A DNA stretch of 64,000 nucleotides from Candidatus Kapaibacterium sp. (GTDB lineage Bacteria; Bacteroidota; Ignavibacteria; Kapaibacteriales; UBA2268), in contig OY761611.1 in the NCBI GenBank assembly GCA_963664875.1, positions 3,296,001-3,360,000 on the forward strand, given 5' to 3'. The notes beneath the pieces were generated by a model. It was not told where the DNA came from and did not search any database. It saw nothing but the letters and a program-made list of their open reading frames with translations. Numbering within the stretch: the first letter of the stretch is position 1; the number at the start of each line of letters is the position of its first letter. The position numbers were made by a program, and so were the translations under genes. Below, in pieces: positions 41,221 through 50,816 of this stretch.

Positions 41221-42551
41221 TGAAAAAGATTATAATCCTTATGTTACTGATTTCTGTTTCAGCGCTTTATTCTCAAAGTGTAAGTATCTCATCTGACGGT
41301 GCGGCACCAGATCCGAGTGCAATTTTAGATATTCAGTCGTCTGACAAAGGAGTTTTATTTCCTCGTGTAGATTTTTATAAACTGCCTTCAGGCACAAATG
41401 GTTTGCTTGCTTACATACTGGAAAACGGCTTTAATGGGAATGGAACTTTTTATGGATATTTTGGGACGTGGCATTCTATAAACAAATGGGGACAAGCCGG
41501 AAGCAATATATATTATAATAATGGCAAAGTTGCAATCGGGGTAGCCCCAAATTCAATTGACCCATTAAAGGTTTCAGGCGGCATTCTGTTTGAAGGGAAT
41601 GCAACAAGCATTACTCCAGGGTTGCTTTTTTACAATAGTGTTGACGAAAAATTCTACTATTATGACAATACCTCTACTGTACAGGAACTTGGCGAAAATG
41701 TTGTTACTGCCACATATCCAAGACCATTACTTGCAGGGACTGGATCTGTTTACAATGGATTGAGGCAACAGATTACTCCAATTTATCAACAACCCATTAT
41801 TCCGCCGGAACTAATAATCATAGGATATGATACTACATACGTTGATAATTATGTGACCAACGATACCTTAGGGCAGGATTTTATCTTGAAAGGAAGATTA
41901 GGAATCGGAATGGATTGTAATAATGGAGAAAACTTTGGTCAGGAACAAATTAAACTGAAAGAAAATAATCTTAGACTCTGCTTTGACGATAACAGTGATG
42001 ACGATGTAAATAATAACTGGATTATTGAAGCCAACCAATCATCAAATGGAGGTAAGAACTATTTTGCTTTTGGGGATTTTACAGATTCCACTTATAACTT
42101 TGTAGTAGAAAGTCAAAACAGAACTCATGCTGCTTATTTACTTGGGACTAATCTTGGAATAGGAACTCAGTTCCCACAGACTCAAATGCACTTGGTTTAT
42201 TCTGAATCTATTTCACTCCGTTTAGAACAGGATGAATCTGATGAGAATACTGCTCAGGTATGGGATGTAAGCTTTGATGATACAGGAATAACTATTGCTG
42301 ATGTTACCAATTCTAATGAAACTCCTGTTTTTATTGCTTCAAAAGTTGAAAATGCTATCTATATCGATGCAAATGGTAATGTTGGAATCGGAACAGATAA
42401 TCCAACAAGAGATTTACATATTAATGGGGCGGTTAGAATGGAACCTCAATCAGCCGTACCTGCAAATCCAAGCAAAGGTGATATCTATTTTGATGACAAC
42501 GATAACAAGATGAAATGCTATGACGGCACTCAGTGGCAAAACCTTTGGTAA
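41220..42551 (+). CDS. Secreted fibre-like beta-repeat protein B (paralog of 38615)
   Basis: Same architecture; C-terminus PANPSKGDIYFDDNDNKMKCYDGTQWQNLW. Confidence 0.7.
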   Translation: MKKIIILMLLISVSALYSQSVSISSDGAAPDPSAILDIQSSDKGVLFPRVDFYKLPSGTNGLLAYILENGFNGNGTFYGYFGTWHSINKWGQAGSNIYYNNGKVAIGVAPNSIDPLKVSGGILFEGNATSITPGLLFYNSVDEKFYYYDNTSTVQELGENVVTATYPRPLLAGTGSVYNGLRQQITPIYQQPIIPPELIIIGYDTTYVDNYVTNDTLGQDFILKGRLGIGMDCNNGENFGQEQIKLKENNLRLCFDDNSDDDVNNNWIIEANQSSNGGKNYFAFGDFTDSTYNFVVESQNRTHAAYLLGTNLGIGTQFPQTQMHLVYSESISLRLEQDESDENTAQVWDVSFDDTGITIADVTNSNETPVFIASKVENAIYIDANGNVGIGTDNPTRDLHINGAVRMEPQSAVPANPSKGDIYFDDNDNKMKCYDGTQWQNLW

Positions 42552-42564
42552 GGAAAGAAATAGT

Positions 42565-42593
42565 AAGGAGTCTTAGCTAAGGCTCCTTTTTTT
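42565..42593 (+). terminator. Intrinsic terminator closing the fibre operon
   Basis: AAGGAGTCTT-agct-AAGGCTCCTT plus T-run. Confidence 0.75.
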
Positions 42594-42643
42594 CTTTGTT
42601 CGTTTTGTAACCTTTGCATACTTTTGTGTGTTTATAAAGCAAT

Positions 42644-43168
42644 ATGAAAAAAATACTCGCCTATATAATGATATTTGTTCTTTTGCTGGGGTCGATTACT
42701 GCTCCGGCATTGTTTTCGTATATGCAGAAAAAAATCAAACGTGAAGTAAAAGAAACAATTTTTGCCGGCATTGCCGAAAAAGACCTTGATGTTATCCGTG
42801 TTACAGATGAGCAAATGCAGGATCCAAGCGTATTCAATCCGATAGAAGCACATGAGTTCCTTTATTATGGCAAAATGTACGATATAGTCCGAGTCTCTAA
42901 AATTGGAGATACGACGGTTTTTCATTGTCTCTATGATGATAAAGAAAATAAACTTATAGATAGATTTTCGGATATAGCAAACGGAGTGAAAGACAAATAT
43001 GGTAATGTCCTCAATAATATAATAGAGAACCTACTGAAACTAAAAATTATCTATAAAGCTTTTGCCTTGTTTTGCGACTTCATAACAGAAAAACACAACA
43101 CTTTCAGATATTTTTCCCCTTTAAACACATATCTTGATGTGCCCGTTCCTCCTCCTAAGTTTGGGTAA
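42644..43168 (+). CDS. Membrane-anchored hypothetical protein ending in PPP, upstream of the TBDR
   Basis: N-terminal TM; EF...G.MYDIV...C..D..E; C-terminal DVPVPPPKFG. Confidence 0.7.
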   Translation: MKKILAYIMIFVLLLGSITAPALFSYMQKKIKREVKETIFAGIAEKDLDVIRVTDEQMQDPSVFNPIEAHEFLYYGKMYDIVRVSKIGDTTVFHCLYDDKENKLIDRFSDIANGVKDKYGNVLNNIIENLLKLKIIYKAFALFCDFITEKHNTFRYFSPLNTYLDVPVPPPKFG

Positions 43169-43405
43169 TCGACATAGAAATAATCTATTGGATAAGCAAG
43201 ATTCTACATTTCCATCAGTATGACATGCTGAATAGGAGGGCGTTGGGGATTTTGTTTATGCAATTGCTATTCTTAAAGTAGAACTATTCGATAATATCCT
43301 CCAATCCCAACTTATGCTTTGTTAAAGCATGAAGAGCCTATATGGGATGATGAGGTGTATTTTGTTTAGGACACTTATATGATATATTTAAAATTTCAAA
43401 CTTAG

Positions 43406-45385
43406 GTGATAAAAATGAAAAAATTACTTTGTATTGCTGCACTTGCTTTGAGTGCTTTTGCTAATGTGCAGGCATCTGAAAGTGATGCAGATACAATAAA
43501 AACATATAGATTAGGCAAAATTACCGTTACAGATGACAGATTGGAAAACAAAAATATAAGAGAAGCAAAATTTTCAGAAGTAAAATACTATGAATTGCAA
43601 CGCTCTGATGCTTTTTCCTTAGCTGATATTAAATCATTTATTCCTACTGCAAACACCAGAACTACTTCGATGGGAGAAACACAGATTTATGTGCGTGGTG
43701 CAGGAGACAGACAGTTAGGCTTGTATCTCGATGGAGCTTTGCTTAATGTGCCATGGGACAACAGATTCGATCTTAACTTTTTGCCCGGTGACATCATTGG
43801 AGAGCTAAAAGTAAATAAAAATGCTTCCTCTGCTCTCTATGGCATAAACGTTTTGGGAGGTGCAATAGATATTACAACTGCAGAAAGAAAGGAAAATGGC
43901 TTTGGTGGTGCTCTTAAACTGACAGGCGGAGATGGTGGTGCTTTTTCCGTGTCTGCTATGCACGATGGAAGAATAGGTGATTTGAATTATATAGTAAATT
44001 TTTCTCGTAGCGGCCAAGATGGATTTTTGATGGCAGATAATGACGAAGATTTGCTAAATCAGAATCCCGAAGATGATTTGCGAACCAACTCATTCAATTT
44101 CAGAAATAATATCTTCGCTCGTGCAGAGTATAAATTTTCGGAAATGACTAATGTGGGACTTACATTTATCAATACTTCTTCTGTTTTTGGTAATACTCCT
44201 GCGACAAACCCGGATGTCAATCAAAGATTCTGGAAATATCCCGAAAGAAAGAGAAGTATGGTTATTTTCAATGGTGAGCAGTTTTTTGACAAAGCGAAAG
44301 ACTTTTCTATGAAACTGACTGCATGGGGAGATTTTTTCAAGCAGACTATTGATGCTTATGAAGATATTACTTACTCCGCTATTGATGAAAGTGTGAAAGA
44401 AGAAGATGCTTCCTTTGGCTCTCGTCTTACTTTAAACTATAATGTAAGTGACCAATCTACGATATCTTATGTATTTAACAGCATCAATTCTGATCATGAT
44501 AAAACTACCAACGACGATGAGCCGCTTAATTTTACTCAAAACAGTATTAGTACCGGTATGCAGTTTTCTTCCAAATTCGGCAAACTTGAATATGCCGTTG
44601 GTGCTACTTATGATTATTTTAAAACACCGAAAACAGGTGAATACATAGAAGCAGAAGGTAAAACCTACGATGATTACGGCTTATTTGTAACTATGGATTA
44701 TTCTATAGATGATAATTTTTCTGCATTTGCTAATGCAAGCAGAAAATCCCGCTTCCCTACTATGCGAGAATCATACGACGAAGCTCTAAAGAAATATAAA
44801 TATAATCCTGATTTGAAACCTGAAACCGGTGTCCTGTCCGAAGTAGGTATTGCATATATTTCTTCTGATTTTTCGGCTCAGGCGTCGTTTTTTGCAAATA
44901 TGTATGACGACATGATAGAAAAGGTAAAAGTAGCAGGCGACCCTGACAAACGTAAAATGCGAGACAATCTCTCCGAAGCGACAATGCTGGGTGTAGATTT
45001 GTCTGTTGCTGCTAATATCAGCAAATTTAAGCTCGGTGGATATATAACATATATGAGCGGTGATGGGAAATTAGACGGAGAAGATGTGGAGCTTAATAAT
45101 AAGCCTGAGATACTATCGGGAATCCACTTAAGTTACATTACTTCTTTTGGTTTGCTTCCGCAAATAGAACTCGACTATAGAGGAAAGCAATACGAAGACG
45201 GCATAGAAATAGACGGAGCAGCCTATCTTAATTTCAGATTGAGCTATACCTTCACTCAGTCAAGCGTGTTACTTCCTGAGATATTTATACGTGTAAATAA
45301 TATATTTGACACATTCAGATACTCACAGCTTGGGATGCCTGAGGCAGGAAGAAGCATTAGCGGCGGAGTTTCTCTGAGAATATAA
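43406..45385 (+). CDS. TonB-dependent receptor
   Basis: Plug motifs IYVRG..LDG, SALYG...GGAIDI; PDLKPE; N(I)FD...GR terminal strand. Confidence 0.92.
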   Translation: MIKMKKLLCIAALALSAFANVQASESDADTIKTYRLGKITVTDDRLENKNIREAKFSEVKYYELQRSDAFSLADIKSFIPTANTRTTSMGETQIYVRGAGDRQLGLYLDGALLNVPWDNRFDLNFLPGDIIGELKVNKNASSALYGINVLGGAIDITTAERKENGFGGALKLTGGDGGAFSVSAMHDGRIGDLNYIVNFSRSGQDGFLMADNDEDLLNQNPEDDLRTNSFNFRNNIFARAEYKFSEMTNVGLTFINTSSVFGNTPATNPDVNQRFWKYPERKRSMVIFNGEQFFDKAKDFSMKLTAWGDFFKQTIDAYEDITYSAIDESVKEEDASFGSRLTLNYNVSDQSTISYVFNSINSDHDKTTNDDEPLNFTQNSISTGMQFSSKFGKLEYAVGATYDYFKTPKTGEYIEAEGKTYDDYGLFVTMDYSIDDNFSAFANASRKSRFPTMRESYDEALKKYKYNPDLKPETGVLSEVGIAYISSDFSAQASFFANMYDDMIEKVKVAGDPDKRKMRDNLSEATMLGVDLSVAANISKFKLGGYITYMSGDGKLDGEDVELNNKPEILSGIHLSYITSFGLLPQIELDYRGKQYEDGIEIDGAAYLNFRLSYTFTQSSVLLPEIFIRVNNIFDTFRYSQLGMPEAGRSISGGVSLRI

Positions 45386-45407
45386 TTTATTTTAAAAAAT
45401 AACACTT

Positions 45408-45451
45408 ACCCTTACATCTCCGGTTTTAAAAAAGACCCGGAGATTTTTTTT
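45408..45451 (+). terminator. Terminator, copy 1 of a 44-bp direct repeat
   Basis: ATCTCCGG...CCGGAGAT plus T-run; 43/44 identical to 47267-47310. Confidence 0.85.
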
Positions 45452-45550
45452 GTTACACAATAAATTTTTATAAAAATGTTTGTTTTGTAAGTATTGTATT
45501 GTTATGTTTATATAAAGTTATAACATATTCAGTATGTTTGGAGGTCATTT

Positions 45551-46750
45551 GTGATAGCTATACTAATACTTTTCTTAATACTACTCCAGTCATGTGCTGC
45601 TGATAATAAGAATATTTTGCATTACGAAGTTGCAGAAACAGAAGATGCAATAATAACCGCACCTCTAATTGTTGTCTATGAGCATGGGAAAGTGGCCATT
45701 GTAGATCAAACCGGAAGAGCTGTTTATCTATATAAAGAAAATGGGGAACTTCTCAGGAGTTTTGAGCCACAGTTATATCTGTCCGATTCCTTGCTGGCGA
45801 AGAGTAAAAAATATAATCAGACGATAAGATATGTAACTACACAGGATTATGAGGCGTTTTATCCTGACTCCTACAAATCGGGAAGTTTAGAAAATATGCT
45901 TGGAAATAAGTTTGTAAATTGTAGTTTTTTAGATAGTAGCAAATTTACCATTGCAGTCTCCTTGGGTGTTTTAGTTCAATCAGAAGAAATGGCTGCAAAC
46001 AAATTTGCAATTACCTGCCGTGAGGGTGTTGTCAATTACGATTTGAGTAATGATAATATTTCCTATACATGCTTTCATTTTACGGATTCATTAGATGCTA
46101 TGACGACAACAGATTCTTACTTTTATTCAAAGAATAGAAATGTTTATATCACAGGTTTCAAAGAATCTATAAAAAAGCAAAATAGTTTCCCTTGCCTGGC
46201 AGCGGTTGATGTGGATGGCAATATTAAAGAAACTTATTTGAATACTCCGACTGAATTAAATTCAGAATACCTTTCTACGTTAGGTGTTATTATGTCTGAA
46301 GATAGACAAGCTAATGTATGGGCTGCATTTCCATTCATGACAAAAATTTACAATATAAAATCTAATTATAGTTTTGATTTGCAAATCCCTAATAATACTA
46401 ATAAAAAATATCTGGATACAATTAGAAAAAGCAAATTGACCAGAAGTCAGTTTGAAGAGCTGAACAAAACAGCAAAATCCTATGTAAAATATGAAATAAC
46501 CGGACTTTTTCATGATAAAGAAGATAACCTAATCGTGATTATTGAAGATTATTTGGCGAACGAGACAATTACAATACAGCAGTATTCTCCCTTAGGAGAA
46601 CTTCTGAAAAGTGCAACACTTCCTGTTGGCGGTGACTTTGGGAAAATTGCAGCCGTAGCTTATTCAAAGGAAGAAAAGAAATTTGTATTTGTGAATTCAA
46701 TAGATCAAAAATGGTATTTTATTTACAAGCCAGAAAAGGAAATATTTTGA
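45551..46750 (+). CDS. Lipoprotein, probable beta-propeller
   Basis: Lipobox LQSC; repeated D/E-x-x-G-x-L/I blade-like motifs. Confidence 0.65.
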   Translation: MIAILILFLILLQSCAADNKNILHYEVAETEDAIITAPLIVVYEHGKVAIVDQTGRAVYLYKENGELLRSFEPQLYLSDSLLAKSKKYNQTIRYVTTQDYEAFYPDSYKSGSLENMLGNKFVNCSFLDSSKFTIAVSLGVLVQSEEMAANKFAITCREGVVNYDLSNDNISYTCFHFTDSLDAMTTTDSYFYSKNRNVYITGFKESIKKQNSFPCLAAVDVDGNIKETYLNTPTELNSEYLSTLGVIMSEDRQANVWAAFPFMTKIYNIKSNYSFDLQIPNNTNKKYLDTIRKSKLTRSQFEELNKTAKSYVKYEITGLFHDKEDNLIVIIEDYLANETITIQQYSPLGELLKSATLPVGGDFGKIAAVAYSKEEKKFVFVNSIDQKWYFIYKPEKEIF

Positions 46751-46755
46751 GACAA

Positions 46756-47202
46756 ATGTTGTGGTTGAAATTCTTATTCATTACAATCCTAAGTCTTGGA
46801 TTCATCAGCTTTTCGTTTAAATCAAAAATTGCATTATTCGCGAAATATGATTGCTATTCCCGTGGGAAAATATGTTTAATATTTATTGATAATAGAGAGT
46901 GTCTCGCCTGTAGTCCCTTATTTTATTCAATATTCAAATATGCAAACGATTCTAAAAACTTCAATTCTGTTGCCATCATTGAAGGAAAAAGGCAAATTGA
47001 AATAAAAAAGTTTAGAAAAGACTATAATTGGAAACAGTTTTGCGAATCTGATTCAAAATCCTTTAAGAAAGAGCATGGAATTAAAAGTTCTACTAAGGTG
47101 GCTATAATTTCCATATATGGAGACATTGTTGAAGAATTTACGTTAAATAAAATGCTTACAATAAAGGATTTGGAATGCTTTTTTGACAAGCAACAAAATT
47201 GA
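46756..47202 (+). CDS. Small thioredoxin-fold-like membrane or exported protein
   Basis: N-terminal hydrophobic segment; LIFID...CLAC; start trimmed to MLWLK. Confidence 0.5.
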   Translation: MLWLKFLFITILSLGFISFSFKSKIALFAKYDCYSRGKICLIFIDNRECLACSPLFYSIFKYANDSKNFNSVAIIEGKRQIEIKKFRKDYNWKQFCESDSKSFKKEHGIKSSTKVAIISIYGDIVEEFTLNKMLTIKDLECFFDKQQN

Positions 47203-47266
47203 TTGCAGAGAAACAAATTTGAATATATGAATTTGTAGGAAACTCTTTTCTAGTAGTTATAAACGC

Positions 47267-47310
47267 ACCCTTACATCTCCGGTTTTAAAAAAGAGCCGGA
47301 GATTTTTTTT
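47267..47310 (+). terminator. Terminator, copy 2 of the 44-bp direct repeat
   Basis: ACCCTTACATCTCCGGTTTTAAAAAAGAGCCGGAGATTTTTTTT. Confidence 0.85.
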
Positions 47311-47565
47311 CTTTATTTGCAAAGAAGAACCAGAGATTAAAAAGTAAGCATAATTAGATATTGATACAAGGAACAATGGTTTTTTTAACCGTTGCCAATA
47401 AATAAGATAAAGACTATATGTTGTTGTCTGTCTAAGGATAAAAAAAACCGCTTTCGGAAAAATTAGAGGAGAATATAATTTCTCTCTAAATTAACAAAAG
47501 CGGTTATATTTTTGTGTTTCTCTGATTTTGGAAGGATACAGTATCCAAACCAAATCAACTAATCA

Positions 47566-49242
47566 TTATTGCTGAATATTAGGAAGTTCGAGACCATATT
47601 GCTTTTTCTTGTCTTCAGCTTTAAGCATGAAAGCAACAATAAGAGCTAAAACGCCAAAAACTAAGAAAACAAGGTTCGGTAAGGTATAATTGTATCTCAA
47701 ATCCATCTTGTTTTCAGTTAAAATTTTATAGCCATTTTCAAGACATACCTTTTCGATAGCTTCTTTATTTTTTTCTAAATCGGCACTAAAAGTAAGAGCA
47801 TTAATATCATTGATATTTTTTTGACTCAATTCATTTTGGATAGCATCATACTGATCTGTACCTGTAGCAGGTTCGTAAGCAGTATCAACGAGAACTTTAT
47901 TGATGATGTTAGTAGTAGTAACATCTACAACTTTACCAAGTTGAATTTCGTCTAAGTTAAATCCTTCAATTTTGCCGTTTATATTTTGATATGTAGTCTC
48001 AATAGATTTTTTGACGGTCTCTTTTGCAATCGGAACATTTGGGTTTGCAGTATTAAGCACAATACCCACCAAAAGTGGAACACCCATCAATCCCCAGTTT
48101 TGAATCCAGAAAGTAAGTGCATAAGCTGTACCTAATTGTTTTTCAGGTATGATTTTTGGAACAGATGGCCACATAGCTGATGGCACTAAAGAAAGTGCAA
48201 CACCCAAGACTACTGTAGTAAATAGTGCTAAAATCCAATTATCTAAGAAAGGTACTGAGAATATGGCATGTACAAAGATAAGCATAAATGCACCTATAAT
48301 CATAATAGTAGCACCTTTACCTTTTCTGTCGTACAAGTTACCAAAAAACGGTGTTAGGAATAAAGTACCTAAAGGAAGTACAGATGGTATTGCACCCGCC
48401 AAATCAGGGCTTATTTGATATTTGTTGATTACCAAGTCTGTTGCAAATTTGATCCAAGGAAAAACTGCAGAATAAAAAAGAACACATAGGAGTGAAATAA
48501 GCCAAAAACCTTTGTTTGAAATTATTTGCAAAACGTCTGCCAGTTTGAAAGGTTCTTCTTCTTCTGTTTCCATATTTGCTTCTGATGCTTCGAGTTTTTT
48601 ATCCATTATTGCATATACAAAGAAGGATATCAATCCGATAACTAAAAGTAAAACACCAAAAAGAATTGGCATAGATACATCACCAAAATATTTGGCGATT
48701 GGAAGAGGAATTGCTGTTGCAAGTAAAGTACCCATACGTGCAGTAGCCATTTCCAGACCCATTGCAAGAGCGAGCTCTTTACCTTTAAACCATTTTACTA
48801 TTATACGAGATACGGTGATACCGGCTATTTCGACACCTACACCAAAAATGGCAAAGCCAAGAGCTGCAAAAAACACCTGTGATTTCATTCCAAGTACATC
48901 AGCCATGCCGGATGGGAAGAAAGAGGAAATAGCCCAATATTTAATGGCTGCACCGATAATCATAATACCGGCAGAAGAAATTGCTGTAAATCGAACACCC
49001 ATTTTGTCTAACAGTATGCCACCCAAAATTAGCATAAAAGCAAAAACGTTAAACCAGCCATAGGCACTTGTAAATATACCATAATCAGTACTATTCCAAA
49101 GTAGCTGGCTTTCCAGCATAGGCTTGAGTGGGCTCATTGCGTCAGTTATGAAGTAACCACACAACATAGTAAAAGCCACAATCCCCAAGGCACCCCAGCG
49201 TGCGGCTTTCGACTCTCTTAGCGAGTTAGTAATTTGTTCCAT
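47566..49242 (-). CDS. MFS transporter with a soluble insertion before the last helix
   Basis: GGILLDKMGVR, G.LYDRKGK, about 12 TM segments. Confidence 0.9.
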   Translation of the reverse strand: MEQITNSLRESKAARWGALGIVAFTMLCGYFITDAMSPLKPMLESQLLWNSTDYGIFTSAYGWFNVFAFMLILGGILLDKMGVRFTAISSAGIMIIGAAIKYWAISSFFPSGMADVLGMKSQVFFAALGFAIFGVGVEIAGITVSRIIVKWFKGKELALAMGLEMATARMGTLLATAIPLPIAKYFGDVSMPILFGVLLLVIGLISFFVYAIMDKKLEASEANMETEEEEPFKLADVLQIISNKGFWLISLLCVLFYSAVFPWIKFATDLVINKYQISPDLAGAIPSVLPLGTLFLTPFFGNLYDRKGKGATIMIIGAFMLIFVHAIFSVPFLDNWILALFTTVVLGVALSLVPSAMWPSVPKIIPEKQLGTAYALTFWIQNWGLMGVPLLVGIVLNTANPNVPIAKETVKKSIETTYQNINGKIEGFNLDEIQLGKVVDVTTTNIINKVLVDTAYEPATGTDQYDAIQNELSQKNINDINALTFSADLEKNKEAIEKVCLENGYKILTENKMDLRYNYTLPNLVFLVFGVLALIVAFMLKAEDKKKQYGLELPNIQQ

Positions 49243-49697
49243 ATCACTTTTAGAATAAGTTAAACTTTATTTAATTACTTTAGATGATAACTAACAAACT
49301 TAGAATTAAAATCTTGAAATTCCAAAAGATTTGAATAAAGATATGAAAAAATATGAACCATACAAGATTTGGAGCTCTCTAAGTATATAATATTCACAAA
49401 GATAACAAGCATCTTCAATATCCGGACTGATATTATTAAATATTTGAATATAACATATATTCTCAGCTAAAGAGACAAAATCTGCTTGGGTTTATGAAAG
49501 AGTTTTATTCAAATTTTTTTTGGATACTATCGTTTATATAAGTAAGTTAAAAAACGACACTATGCTCCTATCGCTAATCCCTTTAGATTAAATGCAATCA
49601 ATTTTATTTTCCATTCTTATGTAGAATCGGACTTTTTAAGTTAATTGCTGTTTTTTTGATTATGCAAATTGTTATGTAAATATATTTTTTGAGACAG

Positions 49698-50660
49698 ATG
49701 GCAGCAAATACCAGACTAATCAAGGCAGCCCGTACGGCTCTAAAAGACTATCTCGGTCTTTACGAAGATGAAACATTACTTATTGTTGCAGATGAAAATA
49801 CCTATGAAGTAGGTGAGGCACTTTACAATGCCGGAAAAGAACTCTGCAAAGAAGCTTTCCTTTTACAGATGAAACCGCGCGAAGATAACGGACAAGAACC
49901 ACCGGATCAAATAGCAGAGCTAATGAAAACTGTCGATGTTGTCGTTTGTCCTACTACTAAATCCCTTACTCACACTGACGCTCGAAGAAATGCCTCAAAA
50001 TTGGGCGTTAGAGTAGCCACTATGCCGGGTATAACTAAAGATATTATGACTCGATGCCTTAGTGCAGACGCTGATGAAATTGTTACTCTGACCAATCATC
50101 TCACTAAGTTGCTCGAACGCACCAGAGAAGTTCGTATCGAATCAAAAGCAGGCACTAACCTTACTCTTCCTATAAAAGGCATGAATATAATACCGAGCAC
50201 CGGTGTACTTAGAAAAATTGGTGCTTCGGGTAATTTGCCTTCGGGTGAGGTCTTTTGCGCACCTGAAGAAGGCAAATCAAATGGCGTTGTTGTTTTTGAC
50301 GGCTCAATAGCCGGAATCGGCAAACTCGAAGAACCCGTTAAAGTTACAATCAAAGACGGCATAGCTGTGTCCTTCGAGGGCGGCAAAGAAGCAAAATTGC
50401 TTGAAAAAATGTTAGATAAACACGGCGAACGCGGTCGCTGGGTTGCTGAGTTTGGAATCGGCACAAATCCAAAAGCAAAAATCACAGGTCAAATCCTTGA
50501 AGACGAAAAAGCTATAGGAACGATTCACATTGCCTTTGGTAATAATATCTCTATGGGTGGCACTAACAATGTGCATATTCACATAGATGGTCTTGTCAAA
50601 AAGCCTGATTTGTATTTAGATGGCGAAATGATTATGGTTAGGGGCAAAGTAGTCATCTAA
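49698..50660 (+). CDS. Aminopeptidase (M29/thermophilic metalloprotease-like)
   Basis: NLPSGEVF.AP, AEFGIGTNP, EDEK..GT.HIAFG, H.D. Confidence 0.85.
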   Translation: MAANTRLIKAARTALKDYLGLYEDETLLIVADENTYEVGEALYNAGKELCKEAFLLQMKPREDNGQEPPDQIAELMKTVDVVVCPTTKSLTHTDARRNASKLGVRVATMPGITKDIMTRCLSADADEIVTLTNHLTKLLERTREVRIESKAGTNLTLPIKGMNIIPSTGVLRKIGASGNLPSGEVFCAPEEGKSNGVVVFDGSIAGIGKLEEPVKVTIKDGIAVSFEGGKEAKLLEKMLDKHGERGRWVAEFGIGTNPKAKITGQILEDEKAIGTIHIAFGNNISMGGTNNVHIHIDGLVKKPDLYLDGEMIMVRGKVVI

Positions 50661-50690
50661 CAGTAGTTATTTACGTTTAGATATTTATCC

Positions 50691-50727
50691 AAAGAGGAGC
50701 TGAGATTCATTTCAGCTCTTTTTTTTT
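50691..50727 (+). terminator. Intrinsic terminator
   Basis: GAGCTGA...TCAGCTC plus T-run. Confidence 0.7.
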
Positions 50728-50816
50728 AAGAGACAATAGCTTTACTATGTAACTTTTTGTAGCTTGTTTTGTCATAACTATGTATAGATTGTTTAACTAA
50801 ACAGATTTGTTGTAGC

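Noticed and set aside
38615-42551. Prophage tail-fibre locus
   Set aside because: All genes have Sec signal peptides and there are no capsid, terminase, integrase or lysis genes
43169-43405. Cobalamin riboswitch before the TBDR
   Set aside because: The conserved GGGAA/GCCACTG/B12-box elements were not found
48512-49063. Long antisense ORFs (e.g. 48512-49063, 28061-28702, 58231-58695)
   Set aside because: Shadows of well-supported genes on the opposite strand
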